DNA of 64,000 nucleotides from Chlorokybus atmophyticus (taxonomy: Eukaryota; Plantae; Mesostigma and Chlorokybus algae). This document shows positions 13,421 through 24,206 of this stretch, in pieces. Position 1 is the first letter of the stretch. Each line of letters opens with the position of its first letter. The notes under the pieces are model-generated. The model saw nothing but the letters and a program-made list of their open reading frames with translations, was not told where the DNA came from and searched no databases. The DNA is taken from the NCBI GenBank assembly GCA_009103225.1, contig RHPI01003533.1, positions 124,001-188,000 of the forward strand, in the 5' to 3' direction. The position numbers were made by a program, and so were the translations under genes.

Positions 13421-13482
13421 CAATGCAAGCAAGTGAGCATGCTCTCACATGCAGGTGAGAGCATGCTCACTCGCTTGCATTG
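13421..13482. repeat. 28-bp inverted repeat (1 mismatch, 6-nt loop) spanning a transposase exon/intron junction
   Basis: CAATGCAAGCAAGTGAGCATGCTCTCAC-atgcag-GTGAGAGCATGCTCACTCGCTTGCATTG. Confidence 0.95.
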
Positions 13483-14030
13483 CGTGTGTCAGGTGAGGAG
13501 GGAGCAGGATGATGTGCACTCCATGCTCTCTAGCCTTGAGGATGAGGTCCAGCTGCATTCTGCTACTGTGGCCATCAATGACCAGGATGCATGGGCTCTG
13601 AGGGCTGGAGCCACCAGGTACATAGTTTAGGAAGTGGTTGAACCAGGCAGCAAATATTTCGTTCGTCATGTATGCGTTCTCCTGTGCATACAGAGCATGA
13701 GTGCATGCACGCATGAATGGACAGTGTGTGCATGTGTTGCACTTACCTGCATGGCCTCCATGCTGCCTATGGGTGCATCTTTGAGGTAGTTCTGTGTCTT
13801 GCGTTGCCCTTTATATATGTACAGGGGGGGCATGCTGGTACCTGCAGCAGAGACACATGCCATAATGCTGATGTGCTCCCTGTTGCCAACCTTCCGGTGA
13901 TATGGGTTTTTATACCCTCTGGGTGCAACGACCTTGACAGTGCCTGCATGCATGTTGGTTAGCACTTCTCATTGCATGCTAACAGCTTGCTACAGCTCTT
14001 ACCTAGGTTGTCCGGTTTCAGTCCTGTCTC

Positions 14031-14129
14031 GTCCGCGTTGTATATTCTGTGTGGAGGGATGCCTAACTCAAGCAAGGGGTCCGCGTTGTATATTCTGTGT
14101 GGAGGGATGCCTAACTCAAGCAAGGGGTC
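14031..14129 (-). repeat. Exact 48-bp tandem duplication in the transposase (DPLLELGIPPHRIYNA x2)
   Basis: GTCCGCGTTGTATATTCTG... starts at both 14031 and 14079; GTC microhomology at the junctions. Confidence 0.95.
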
Positions 14130-15721
14130 AAAGAACCTGTAAGCATTGGTCCTGGTGGCAGCCTTGTGCCTTCTCCTGTCCAACCCCTCTGCCACCCTTC
14201 TGATGAGGTTCCACTCGGCAAAGTAGTCTCTGCACCAACGTGGGCCAGGCAGCAACATTTTCCCAAACCTCTGTAGCCTTTCTTGGTCTCCTGAGAGCAT
14301 TTGCAACACCTGCAATTGCATTGTAAGTGACAATGCATGCTGCATATTCTGAGCACAGAGCATGCTACACTAACTGCCTGTTTTTGCAGTGCCGTGACGG
14401 TTGGGGAGTGGTCGACATCACACATGGAGTGCACCCACTCGCACAGCTCCCCCTGCTCTGCCTTGGTGAGGATAGCTTCCTTGTCAGGGCTGCGAAGACG
14501 CTCCAGCTTTTGAGGGTCGTGCAAATAGTTGCAGAGGGTGCTGCGAGGGACACCAATGGCCTTGGCAGCCTTGCAAAGCGACACCACCCCTGCCTGTATC
14601 CGCCCAATAGCATGTGCAATGTTGGCTAGCCCTTCATCATCATCTGCCCATGAGATGTGTGTGGCTGATGTAGGGGTGGGGGGGGGGGGGATCTTGGTCT
14701 CTTGCCCTTCTTCTTTTTGGGGGCAGTTGGTGTGTGCAGATTGCGCTGCTGCGGGGTTCTGCCGCTAGTTGCCTGCACACATATGCCCAAGGATGTAAAA
14801 CAACCCTCTGAGGGCACAAGTGCAAGCATAGCACTAGATAGTGTAGCATAGCAGCTAGGTTGTATAGCATGCAAACACCCCTTGCAATGCACCTCACCTC
14901 TAAGTTGGTCGTTTGATTGCTGCTGCCTTGGCTCCCCCGTGTATGCATGTTCACACCTCCACACCCTCACCGCGCACGCCAACCCCAATGCAAACCACAC
15001 CTCAGTACTAAGCTAACACAATCTTCAGTCTTTACTCATTCATAATACATACATCACGTGCATATTCTGTACACACACACGCCACAATGTACCTCCCACG
15101 CCAAACACTCACACATGCAAGAAGTCACGATTTATGGGTTGCGCATGCGGTACGTAGTATCTTGGTTAAAACCTTATAACTAAAACAAATCACTGTAGAA
15201 TCTGACTAGGTTTGTTGCATTGGATTTTGCAACTTGAGCCGTACGTGCTCACCAAGTTTCATCACCATTGGCCAATGCAATCACTATTCCGGCCAAGTCA
15301 AAGTCAAGGTAACCATGTGAGCACAATAAAAATTTTCAAACTCCTTGAATTTGGCGCCCTTAATCTCAACCAACGGGGCTGAAACTTGGTGGGTAGGCTC
15401 GAGAGGACGCACAAGATCCACCAAATTTCATTCCATTCGGACGCCGAACTAGGGAGTTAGCCTACCAGCAGCAGTAGGTGTCCGAATTTGTAAAATGTCC
15501 GGAGTTAGAGCACCTTACCCTAGCAGACTTTGCACTACTATGTACTGCCGTCCGCCGCGAAAGAGTACGGATCAGGGTTCGCCAAACCCACGCGGCTGCG
15601 AGCGGCATTGCCACGATGCGCAAGATGCGTGCGACGGCTCTCGCGTACTCCAGCGGCTCGGCCAACCCCTTGCTTCAAAACCCAATCACTTCATTTCCAA
15701 TGCGAGTGGCACTCACATGAC

Positions 15722-16102
15722 ATGGAACCCTGCCCAGTGCCGGCCGCGCGAGAAGTCAGGCGCGCCGACAACGCGTGGCTGGCGAATTCCGCGGAACGCA
15801 AGCGCGCGGAAAGCGCCGTGGCGACGGCAGTCGACGCGGACCTCGCAGCCTGGAACCGGATGAAGAACGCTTTCCGGTCCAGGAACCGCCGACCACTGCC
15901 GACCACCGCCGGACGCACCAACCATCAGCCTAAAATGAAAAACGTGGAAGGGCCCAACACGGCGCAGAACGCCTTGCGGTCGAGAAAGTCTAGATACGAC
16001 TTCCCTGGCCACGACCTAAATGTATTCGTGCCAGAGACAAGGCTGCGCGAGCCGCTCGACAGACTCGCCGGCACGGCAAGCAGCAAACACGCGCGGCGAT
16101 GA
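15722..16102 (+). CDS. Intronless orphan protein (126 aa, basic/helical)
   Basis: ATG at 15722 opens MEPCPVPAAREVRRADNAWLANSAERKRAESAVATAVDADLAAWNRMKNAF... to TGA at 16102; coding-like composition; no family recognised. Confidence 0.5.
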   Translation: MEPCPVPAAREVRRADNAWLANSAERKRAESAVATAVDADLAAWNRMKNAFRSRNRRPLPTTAGRTNHQPKMKNVEGPNTAQNALRSRKSRYDFPGHDLNVFVPETRLREPLDRLAGTASSKHARR

Positions 16103-16163
16103 TGCTTAGACAGTAGTTCCATATTCACAACATTGCCATCGTATACGTGCTGACGCTATCCAA

Positions 16164-16400
16164 CTACTTGCGTCCATCCAACCTGGCTTCGATCTTGCCC
16201 AGCCTTCGCATGTCATCGGCGCGAATCGCCCTGTCGACGCCGGCAGCGATTTCCCTCTTCATCTTTGACTCCAAGTTGTGTTCTAGCCTCACGATAGCGT
16301 CCAGCAACACCCCCGTGTCTTCGGACAATGCTTTCGGCTGCTTTCGGCTTTTGTCGTGCGCCCATCGGGTAGCGCGTCGGCTCTGCCAGGTCTAGATGAC
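16164..16400 (-). CDS. 3' exon of a small orphan coiled-coil protein (start unresolved)
   Basis: Frame reads ...LSEDTGVLLDAIVRLEHNLESKMKREIAAGVDRAIRADDMRRLGKIEARLDGRK* (TAG at 16164-16166), convergent with the 15722-16102 ORF. It is absent from the ORF track because it lacks a sufficiently upstream start. Confidence 0.4.
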
Positions 16401-16876
16401 GAGCGGCAGCTGCAGCAAACGAATGTCGAAAACCTCACATGCACCCGTTCAACATGCTGCAGTGTGAAACTCACAATGCACCCGTTCGCGAACACGGTGT
16501 ACGGCCATATCTTTCTCCAAATCGGGTCGCTTCACATCGACTGTCGTGGCGGGGACGCATCCGCCTAACCCGCGGAACCTGCGCCTGCGCTCCTCGGCGG
16601 CAATAAACGCGGACGACGCGGGCGGCCCTGGAGCAATGATGACCCGCACGGGCGGCCAAACCCAAACCCTCGCGCGCAGGGGCGCGCCCAGCCATCCATA
16701 TCCAACCTGAGAATTCTCAAATGCCGCCGCTGCCGCCGCCACTAACACTCACTGAGAATGAGAAAGGACGCGAGCTGGCTCATTGAGAAGAAGGGCAGGG
16801 AAAGATATTTAAAGCCTTTTGCGCATCTTAGCCAGGGCGGCGGCGGGGGATTTGGTGCTGTGAGCAGGGCAGCGGG

Positions 16877-18287
16877 ATGGAGGAAGCGCAGCATCCTCTG
16901 CTGGAGCAGCTGGCGACCATAGAGGCCCTGAGGGATGCCGTCGTCAGCTGCGACGACATCACCATGGTAAGTCATCGGTTGCGCCGTGAGAGCGAAGTCT
17001 AAAGGTTTCGAATGTCCTCGTTTGCAGGCGCGCACGCTTAAATTGTGCACGGTGTCTAAAGAGTTCTGCCGGACTGTGTGCTCCGAGAGGCGCTTCTGGC
17101 CGCTTGCGACCGCTCCGCTCCACGCCATCGCACGTCTGGCGGCAATCTTCGGTGCGTGGCAGGCCGTGCCGAAACTGACTGAGCTGGTGCTCACGTCCAG
17201 CGACATCGGGGTGAGTCGCTCGCTGGTACTGGTCTTGCTGCTAGCGGGTCCTGAGCGTTCTTCGCGTGCTAGTTGACAACGATCCCGATGTTGGCCCAAT
17301 ACGCGAGCCTGAGAACGCTGCGCCTGGAATTTCAAGATGTCGTAGAGGGTTTCGGCGGTGCTTCGCATACGTCCGGCACGGACGCAAGCATGATACGATT
17401 GGAAGAGGTCGGTAGCATTGCGGCGTTGGAGACCCTGAGCGTTTGCTTTGGCGGCAAAGGACATGTCTGGGTGTTGTTGCCACCCCTACCACCGACACTC
17501 GAGCTGCGCTGCGCGCGGTCCTGTTCCATGTCCGTGTCAGTCCTTGGAGATGCGACAGGCCGTCTGCGCAGTCTCTGGTTGCAGGGGCAGGTGGAATTGG
17601 CACACCGTGTCGTTGCGGACAATTCGCTTCACTAACTCACTCGCCTTGCCAAAGGACCCCTGGACAATCGCTACTGGCTATCGAAAGCGGCCAGGGGTGC
17701 ATCGGTAACGATGAGGTGAAACACGGACGACACTGACGCATTCGCTCGCAGCGCCATGTTGCGCGTTTTTACGCTGATCGCAGGGACGTCAGATGACGAC
17801 GACATGTGGGACGTTGACCATGTGTCTGCCTGAATGCGAAGAATTTAAACTGATCGTGACAGCCGACAACTACTCGGAGATCCACGTCGGGTCAAAAACC
17901 GATCTGGTGCAATTCTTCGAGGTCGTGCGCGTGTGGTCAGATTACCAGCTCTACTTTTATGAGCCCGAGATGTTCGCGCGCTGCACCGACGTGACCATTT
18001 CCGCGTACATCGTTGACGGCGCACGTGACCTGATACGCAACCCGAAAGTCCGCTCCCTCGCTATTGTCGAATCGATGTCGCCCTACAACGAAGATTTTGA
18101 TACGCCGCCGGACACGCACCTGTACGTGGACCCCGTCGTTAAACACGACCTCGCGCTCCCACTCTGCGGTGTCTTTCGCCGCAGCTTCGACACGAGGAAG
18201 CTGTGGCTGGCCCTGGCCGCCCACTACATCCACAATTGCGAGTTTGGGTCCACAAGGACGTTTGAAAATGCGACGGTGATGTTTTGA
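16877..18287 (+). CDS. F-box-like / LRR-like protein with three very short introns and one apparent 1-nt frameshift (possible pseudogene)
   Basis: MEEAQHPLLEQLATIEALRDAVVSCDDITM|ARTLKLCTVSKEFCRTVCSERRFW (F-box-like) and LRR-like LTELVLTSS, LRTLRLEF, LETLSVCF, LRSLWLQG. GT-AG introns at 16967-17027, 17211-17272 and 17716-17783 keep frame. One frame change is needed near 17620. Confidence 0.55.
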
Positions 18288-18636
18288 AGCTTGCTAAACG
18301 TTGTCATCGATCTCTCGCCGCCGAGTCAGGTAAGCTTTATGAGCAAAGTGAAGCGGCACGCGCAATACCTGCCTGACTGGCCCGGGTGGATGCGAGTGCT
18401 CCGTGTGTGTTAGATTCCAGTGACTGTTTGTTGATGTGTTTGCAAGGACACTCGTTTGTGACAGCAAGAGGCAATACTTTGACACATCAGTACGTTGGAG
18501 GCAGTGGCGTTTGTGCATACAGTAGTCTTGTAGTACTGCAAATGCATATCACACCACCTACGTAAGTTACCATCAGTTAACCAAGAAAAAAGATGTACCG
18601 CGCGGTCAATGGCACCGCAGAATTTAGATAGCACAT

Positions 18637-19319
18637 ATGATGAGGCTCCACTACGTAATAGCGGCCGCCGTCGTGGCGGCGATCACCGTGACTTACGCGC
18701 TGGTTGGCTGGTTCGGCATCGCCAGGCCCCTGATCGATAAGCAGCTCGCGCTTAATACCGACCTTCAAACCTCCCTCGTGGAGGGCACCGCCGCCGCGCT
18801 GGACGCCTTCGCCAGCGCGGCCGTCATCTTCACCGAAACGACCCGCGACGAGGTGGATGGCGCGATCGCCTCCATCGCCGCGGCGCGGTCGGCCATCTGG
18901 AGCGCCTTCTTGAATTCCCCCGACACCCTGTCGACCGCCTTCCAGGCGGCGTCCAATATTTCCGTCGCGTACATGCGCGACTCTGGTGATGTCGGGATAT
19001 ACCGCGTAAGGCCCGAGTCCGACGACCCGTACGTGCACGCGTTCGAATGCCGCGACAAACTCGTCGACCCCGAATTATGCAGCGTGGGAGAACGACGTCC
19101 CCGTGCAGGTGTTGATGGTCCCAGCCGCGTTCTTCAAGTCGATGGCTTGGTTCGTGCGCGCGCTGGCGCAGCCCGGAGGGCCGGCCGTGTCGCACACTGG
19201 AGCCACGAAGCTAGGCATCCCCGCCATGTTCGTCGCCACGGGCACCGCCTCGGTCCCCGAAGCGCTGCAGTTTTCCTGGCCGCTGTCGGTCATCCCAAGC
19301 TCCCCCCCCCCCCCCCCCC
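18637..19319 (+). CDS. Membrane protein with an N-terminal transmembrane helix and a following domain (sensor-like), truncated at poly-C/N
   Basis: Hydrophobic YVIAAAVVAAITVTYALVGWFGI then a helical/beta region; strongly GC3-biased codons; probable short intron near 19084-19109; sequence breaks at a poly-C run with an N at 19320. Confidence 0.55.
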
Positions 19320-19599
19320 NCGTTATGCCCTCTGCACCCGACTGTGCTACCGGTTGTTATGCCCTTACTGGCTGTATACGGATTGTTGACGCAATGTTGT
19401 TCAATCCTTGCAGTGTATCAACTTGATACACAATGTGTATTATAAAATACTTGTATAGGCTGACCAAGTGTTGCTGTTGCAATGTCACGCACAAGCACAC
19501 ACAAGTTGCTGCACAACATAGCAGGAGGAGGAGTGAGCCGCTAGCTATAGGGTGTACCTATGGACCAGTATGGATGCAAGAGCATGTCATACACTGTCA

Positions 19600-21130
19600 T
19601 ATATAAGATGTATATAAATGTATATAAAAACACGATGGATCTCGTATATTCATTTCGTATAGATTGATTGGAGAGATAAACTACTACCGCTTAATGTTCC
19701 ATTTTTGAAGGATGTTGTAATCTTCACAATGAATACAGTATTTGCAAGTATTGTATTTATATGCAATGACTCATTGCATATAAATTGATTGGAGACAGAA
19801 ATACTACCGCTCAATGTTCTACTAATGGAGATTGTCATAAGCTTCACAAGTTGTAAATCACAACGTACGTGAAAAGGGGTATGTAAAGGGGCGTAGAGGG
19901 ATGAATTTCAAAGCAACCACCTTGGGCAACAATTTCGCAAGGACAAAATGGATTCAAGCCTTACGATAATTGCTCAATGGTGTTAGTGCGGAGAGATACA
20001 CTGTGATGATGCAATTGAAGTCACTGACTTTGAGAGTTACGCAAAACCCTTGTGTTAAATATATTGCAAAAAATCGTATCAGTTCAGTTGCACTTATGTG
20101 AAAACACATACATTATTCAACATGATCAACATGTTATAGGTCTATGTTTTCACCCCGTCTATACAAACCCAATCATGATGTCAAATGGTGGCTAGCTCTT
20201 CATGCGTAATTAACACATTTTAAAGTATATTATATTGAGTAAAGAAAACCATGATCAGATGTTGAGTCGGGGCGTTACCATACAAACGCAATGGCCCTTG
20301 TCTCTTGAAGAGGGGAGCCTTCGGGGGTGGGGGGTGGGGGGGTGGTCTATTGGGGTGAATGCCGTAGCCTTGAATCTCGTGTGTGTGTGTGCTTACGGCT
20401 CGCTCGTAGTGTATACACCATCACTGTATCGACCACAATGAATTTGCCACGTGTAAGATAAAGCTCATTTTTATGATTAGGGGTGGGGCCTAACCAAGGT
20501 TTGACGCATCCAAACAAAGAACAGTAATGGTAACGAGCTTGTTAATTGTTTGTTAAAATAACAGTATATTGTTATCGCGAGCGAATAAGGGCATGGTTTG
20601 CATTATATATGCAGTAATAAACACATAATGAACAACGTTGTCAATTAAGATATGTATTTCAAATTGCGCCTATGTTTAACGTTTACAGTTGAAGCGTTTA
20701 ATCTCAACTTTAACTTTGATCTTAACACCGATTGCATACCACGATCACCGCCATTTGTTGTAAAAACAATGCGAATTTGTGCTCTTATCCTCATAAAGAG
20801 ATTGCTTAAATAAATGTGCGCGTCATTGTCATAACGCGCACAACGGCCCATTAGCGCACGGCATACTGACCACGTTTTGTTACCTATCATCCTAATAACT
20901 TAACAATAATTCTTTAATATTCATGATGTTTCACTCACGAATAATTTTGCGACCTTACCAACAAAGAACGTTCTTACATAACATCGCGAACATAACTGTC
21001 GGCCCCAGCCCTACTCATGATGGCAATTTCCAGCAATCGAGAATGATGGTATCAATACAGCCTTGCACTCTTCTTTCATGCAATAATACGTTGTTCATTG
21101 GAAAGCTTTCAACATCATTCAAGGGCACTG
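19600..21130. mobile_element. AT-rich non-coding segment with direct and inverted repeats; candidate non-autonomous transposon
   Basis: Direct repeat ATTGATTGGAGA..AAA.TACTACCGCT.AATGTTC at about 19663 and 19785. About 30 bp at 19705-19735 is matched in inverted orientation at about 21094-21123 (TTCATTG..AAG.TT.CAACATC.TTCAA). Confidence 0.4.
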
Positions 21131-21724
21131 TCCTACTGTGCTTGCATCAGAGTCCACGTCACGCCCCTGAATCCGGTCTCCGATAAAGAGCGTTGAGCGC
21201 ACCGAACAGAAGCAGATGCATCGCAACGACTCAACCCAATGGACTGATGTGTTCATGCCTCCGCCCCACGCAATGGATTGCACACTGCCACCGTCAGCAG
21301 CCACGGCTACACCCTATAGCCTACACGTCACGTGTAGCATTTCTGCTAGCGCAATATAGCAGTGCAGGCCCTCTAACTTGCGTGTTGAACTTAGCCACTG
21401 ACTCTTGAAGAAGTTGCGCGACTGTGCCATCTTCCTCGCATCTCGTTTCCTGCGGAGCTGATGTAAGTCTTGTGCACTGCTGGCTTGCTGCTGGCCCTCT
21501 TGTTTGCTGGTTGTTTTGCCCTGGCTGCAGGTGCATGCCAGCGTGGGTGCATGGTGCTGTTTGAAGCAGGCGTGCTGTGTGTCCTGACATGTTTTCGTTA
21601 CCGACTGTCACAGCATGCTAGCTATGGTCGCTTGAGCACACATGCATGTCACTCAAGCAAACTACCTAATCTATCTGACTATGTGTGCGTGTGTGTGCAG
21701 ATTTCTGTGTAAGGCAACTTCAAC

Positions 21725-22200
21725 ATGGCGGAGATGACGGACCCAGACCGCGCGTACGACGAGCAGGGCCGCCCCGCCGCTGAGGACCCTATGGAGCGCA
21801 TCCGTGCTGGCGGCCACAAGGGCGGCCTCACTGGAGGAGTCCGCGGTGGACAGCGCATCCATGAGATGGCTGCCATGGTAACAAGCTAGAAAGATGCAAG
21901 CGGAGTGTGGAGTGTGAACCACCGTTGAGCCTTGAGGCAGCATGCACACATGCGCATACAATTTGTGCTTGCCTGCCTGCATGTGTGTCCATGCGTGAGA
22001 CAACGCTTATATAGCCCTTGGACGTATTAATCAAGCAAGTTGTGTCCACGCAGGCACGTGGGGAGGATCCCAGCAAGGTGGGCAAGTACTCCGATGGTGG
22101 CAAGCCCACCAAGTTCCAGGAGCAGCAGGCGGCTGGCATCGAGCCAGGCACTCGCACAGAGGACGAGGAGGGCCAGAAGTATGACAAGGACGAAGAATAA
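21725..22200 (+). CDS. Small hydrophilic protein (99 aa) with a KGG motif; hydrophilin/LEA-like
   Basis: Exons 21725-21877 and 22054-22200 join in frame: MAEMTDPDRAYDEQGRPAAEDPMERIRAGGHKGGLTGGVRGGQRIHEMAAM|ARGEDPSKVGKYSDGGKPTKFQEQQAAGIEPGTRTEDEEGQKYDKDEE*. G/E/K-rich, with no Cys or Trp. Confidence 0.7.
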
Positions 22201-23136
22201 GTTGCGTGCAAGAAGCGCGCAGCTGTAGTCAAGGTTTGTCATCGTAGCTGTACATACGACTAGAGGCAGCAGACCAGTACAGAGGGGCTTCGTACTTTTA
22301 CTGGAATTGAGGAAATCTTTCATGTATGATACAACACACAACCTCTGTGCATTGCATACCATTGTCTGCGTCTGTCTGTCAGCGTGCTCCTCGTGGAATA
22401 TCCGCAATTGACAGCAAGTTATGCAGTACTCCTTGTGGTACGTGTTGAACATGTGCCCTAGCTTCGGTGCCATTGTTCCACCTTGTAAGACCAACAGATT
22501 CTGTGCTGCATGTATTTATTAGTATGCTGCGTCACACAAGCGCCATTATGTACATGTAGTTGCATATTCCAACCAAGCCAGCCAGCAAGCAATACAGTAC
22601 AACTATATACACTACACGAATGTAGTTGTGATATTGAATGTTCTAGCTGTCACCTTTGTTTTACCGTGCAAGACAACTTACTTCACGCTGCATGCATGTT
22701 GCGGTATGCTTGCACGCGCTCCAATCTTGTCCATATGCGGCATTCAAATCAGCTCATACAGTCCTTCTTAACAGGCCTTGAGTAGGCACCAAGAGTGTAG
22801 CGACAATATCAACACCTCCGCATATCGACACGCCCGCATCATCTCCACAAATCTGTGGCATATTCCCATGAGCCAAACCAAGCAAGAAGGCAGAACGCAT
22901 TTCACAAACTACTAGTTAAATACAGACAGGTAATATTTATGCCAAGACAATGCCGGAGGCGACCAACATGATAACACCACAATACCTGATGTCAATGCAC
23001 ATGGTATATTGTTGACACATTGCGCTTAAACATTACACTTACACACTACTGTACACGTAGACATTTACAAACGCAGCTCTTGTGTCTAAAGAGTTTTGGA
23101 AACCGCTTCAGATGAAGCGGTTGGTCCTGGGTTATT

Positions 23137-24206
23137 CTATGACTTAGCGCTTGCAGCTGGTTGCCAGCCCGGCACAAGCTTCCATTTATATGCGAGCTCC
23201 GCTAGCAAACCTGCAATGTATAACAGTAACTTGCAGCTGTTGAAAGGCTACTGTGCAAGCCAAGATAAAGCACAATGTATGCTTTGCATTTGCAATTGTC
23301 CGATAATGATGACAGCACAAGTGCATTGATGACTGCTGCACTGACGATGCTACTACTCACCAGCGGCGCATCCCGCGTATATGATGTTGCCCCAAAAGTC
23401 CAACCGTTTGCGCAAGTCTTGCTTCTCCTTGAACTTGTTGAGAGGGCCAGAGTCAGCCAACAACTGCGGCCCAAGGACACTGGTCAGCACTGCGTGTTGT
23501 AGACTTTCAACGCCATAACACTATGTCATGAGCAACAGCATATTTGCGTAACAGCTTACACGGCATGCAACAGCCAAGATGACCAAGTGGCTTAATGTGG
23601 CTAGTGCAGATATTAACAAACGAGTAGTTCAAAATAGTGTTTCACCAGCACGTGCTAGAGCTTCCAGGCTATTTGGTACTAGAACTTTGTTCAGAAGACC
23701 TGAAATGATTGGTAGAACCTGGTGACCTACTGCTACCTTGATGTGTGCAATTCACTTTACCAGGCTTGCAAACTTGTATGTGCAAAGGGCGACACCACGC
23801 ACACTACATAGCTCAAAGAGTGCCATGCACTCCAATTCACCCCTGATGTGGTTGCCAATCATGTGGCGTACATGCACAAACAAGGTGTGCTTGCAAGTAC
23901 ACCTTTTGTGCATATACGACACATAAACTTTTAGAAACTTCTTAAGAGCAATTGCAGCATCTAGCCAAGTATGTATGCGTGTTTATGCAAGCACACTTGC
24001 ATGCTGGAGACCAGTAAGCAAATGCAAACAAACCCTAAACAAGGCCAAATAACACAAAAACAAACCTCTCGCTCCCTGGCTCCGGGCCCCGACGCCAACC
24101 CTCTACGCCCGGAGGCGGTGGCAGAGGAAGCCGTTCCATAAACTCCCCTGGCAGCCACGGCGGCCCTCCTGGTCGCCGCCCCTACCGCCTGCGACGCCGC
24201 CGCCAT
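23137..24206 (-). CDS. Small putative mitochondrial single-pass membrane protein (middle exon structure uncertain)
   Basis: Exon 1 MAAASQAVGAATRRAAVAARGVYG... resembles an Arg/Ala-rich presequence. The 3' exons give ...KFKEKQDLRKRLDFWGNIIYAGCAA|GLLAELAYKWKLVPGWQPAASAKS*. I could not resolve the phase of the internal exon(s). Confidence 0.45.

Larger units (their letters stand above)
12552..14772 (-). pseudogene. Intron-containing DDE_1 (pogo-like) transposase, degenerate
   Basis: psq-type HTH (VSLCKAAKAIGVPRSTL), CENP-B-like HTH, and triad motifs YNADETG / LVIDGHSSR / VLDVSCF split by at least five introns. Premature TAG at 12685-12687, apparent frameshift near 13090, and an in-frame 48-bp duplication. 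Confidence 0.85.
12093..15520 (-). mobile_element. pogo/Fot1-like (Tc1-mariner superfamily) DNA transposon, full length with TIRs and TA target duplication
   Basis: Left end TA|GGGTAAGTGTGGGTTACTCCGGACAC versus reverse complement of the right end TA|GGGTAAGGTGCTCTAACTCCGGACAT. TA at 12091-12092 and 15521-15522. Internal DDE_1-type transposase. Confidence 0.9.

Noticed and set aside
12093-15520. Fanzor/TnpB cargo inside the pogo-like element
   Set aside because: No RuvC or zinc-finger motifs seen between the TIRs; the sequence is accounted for by the transposase and non-coding subterminal regions.
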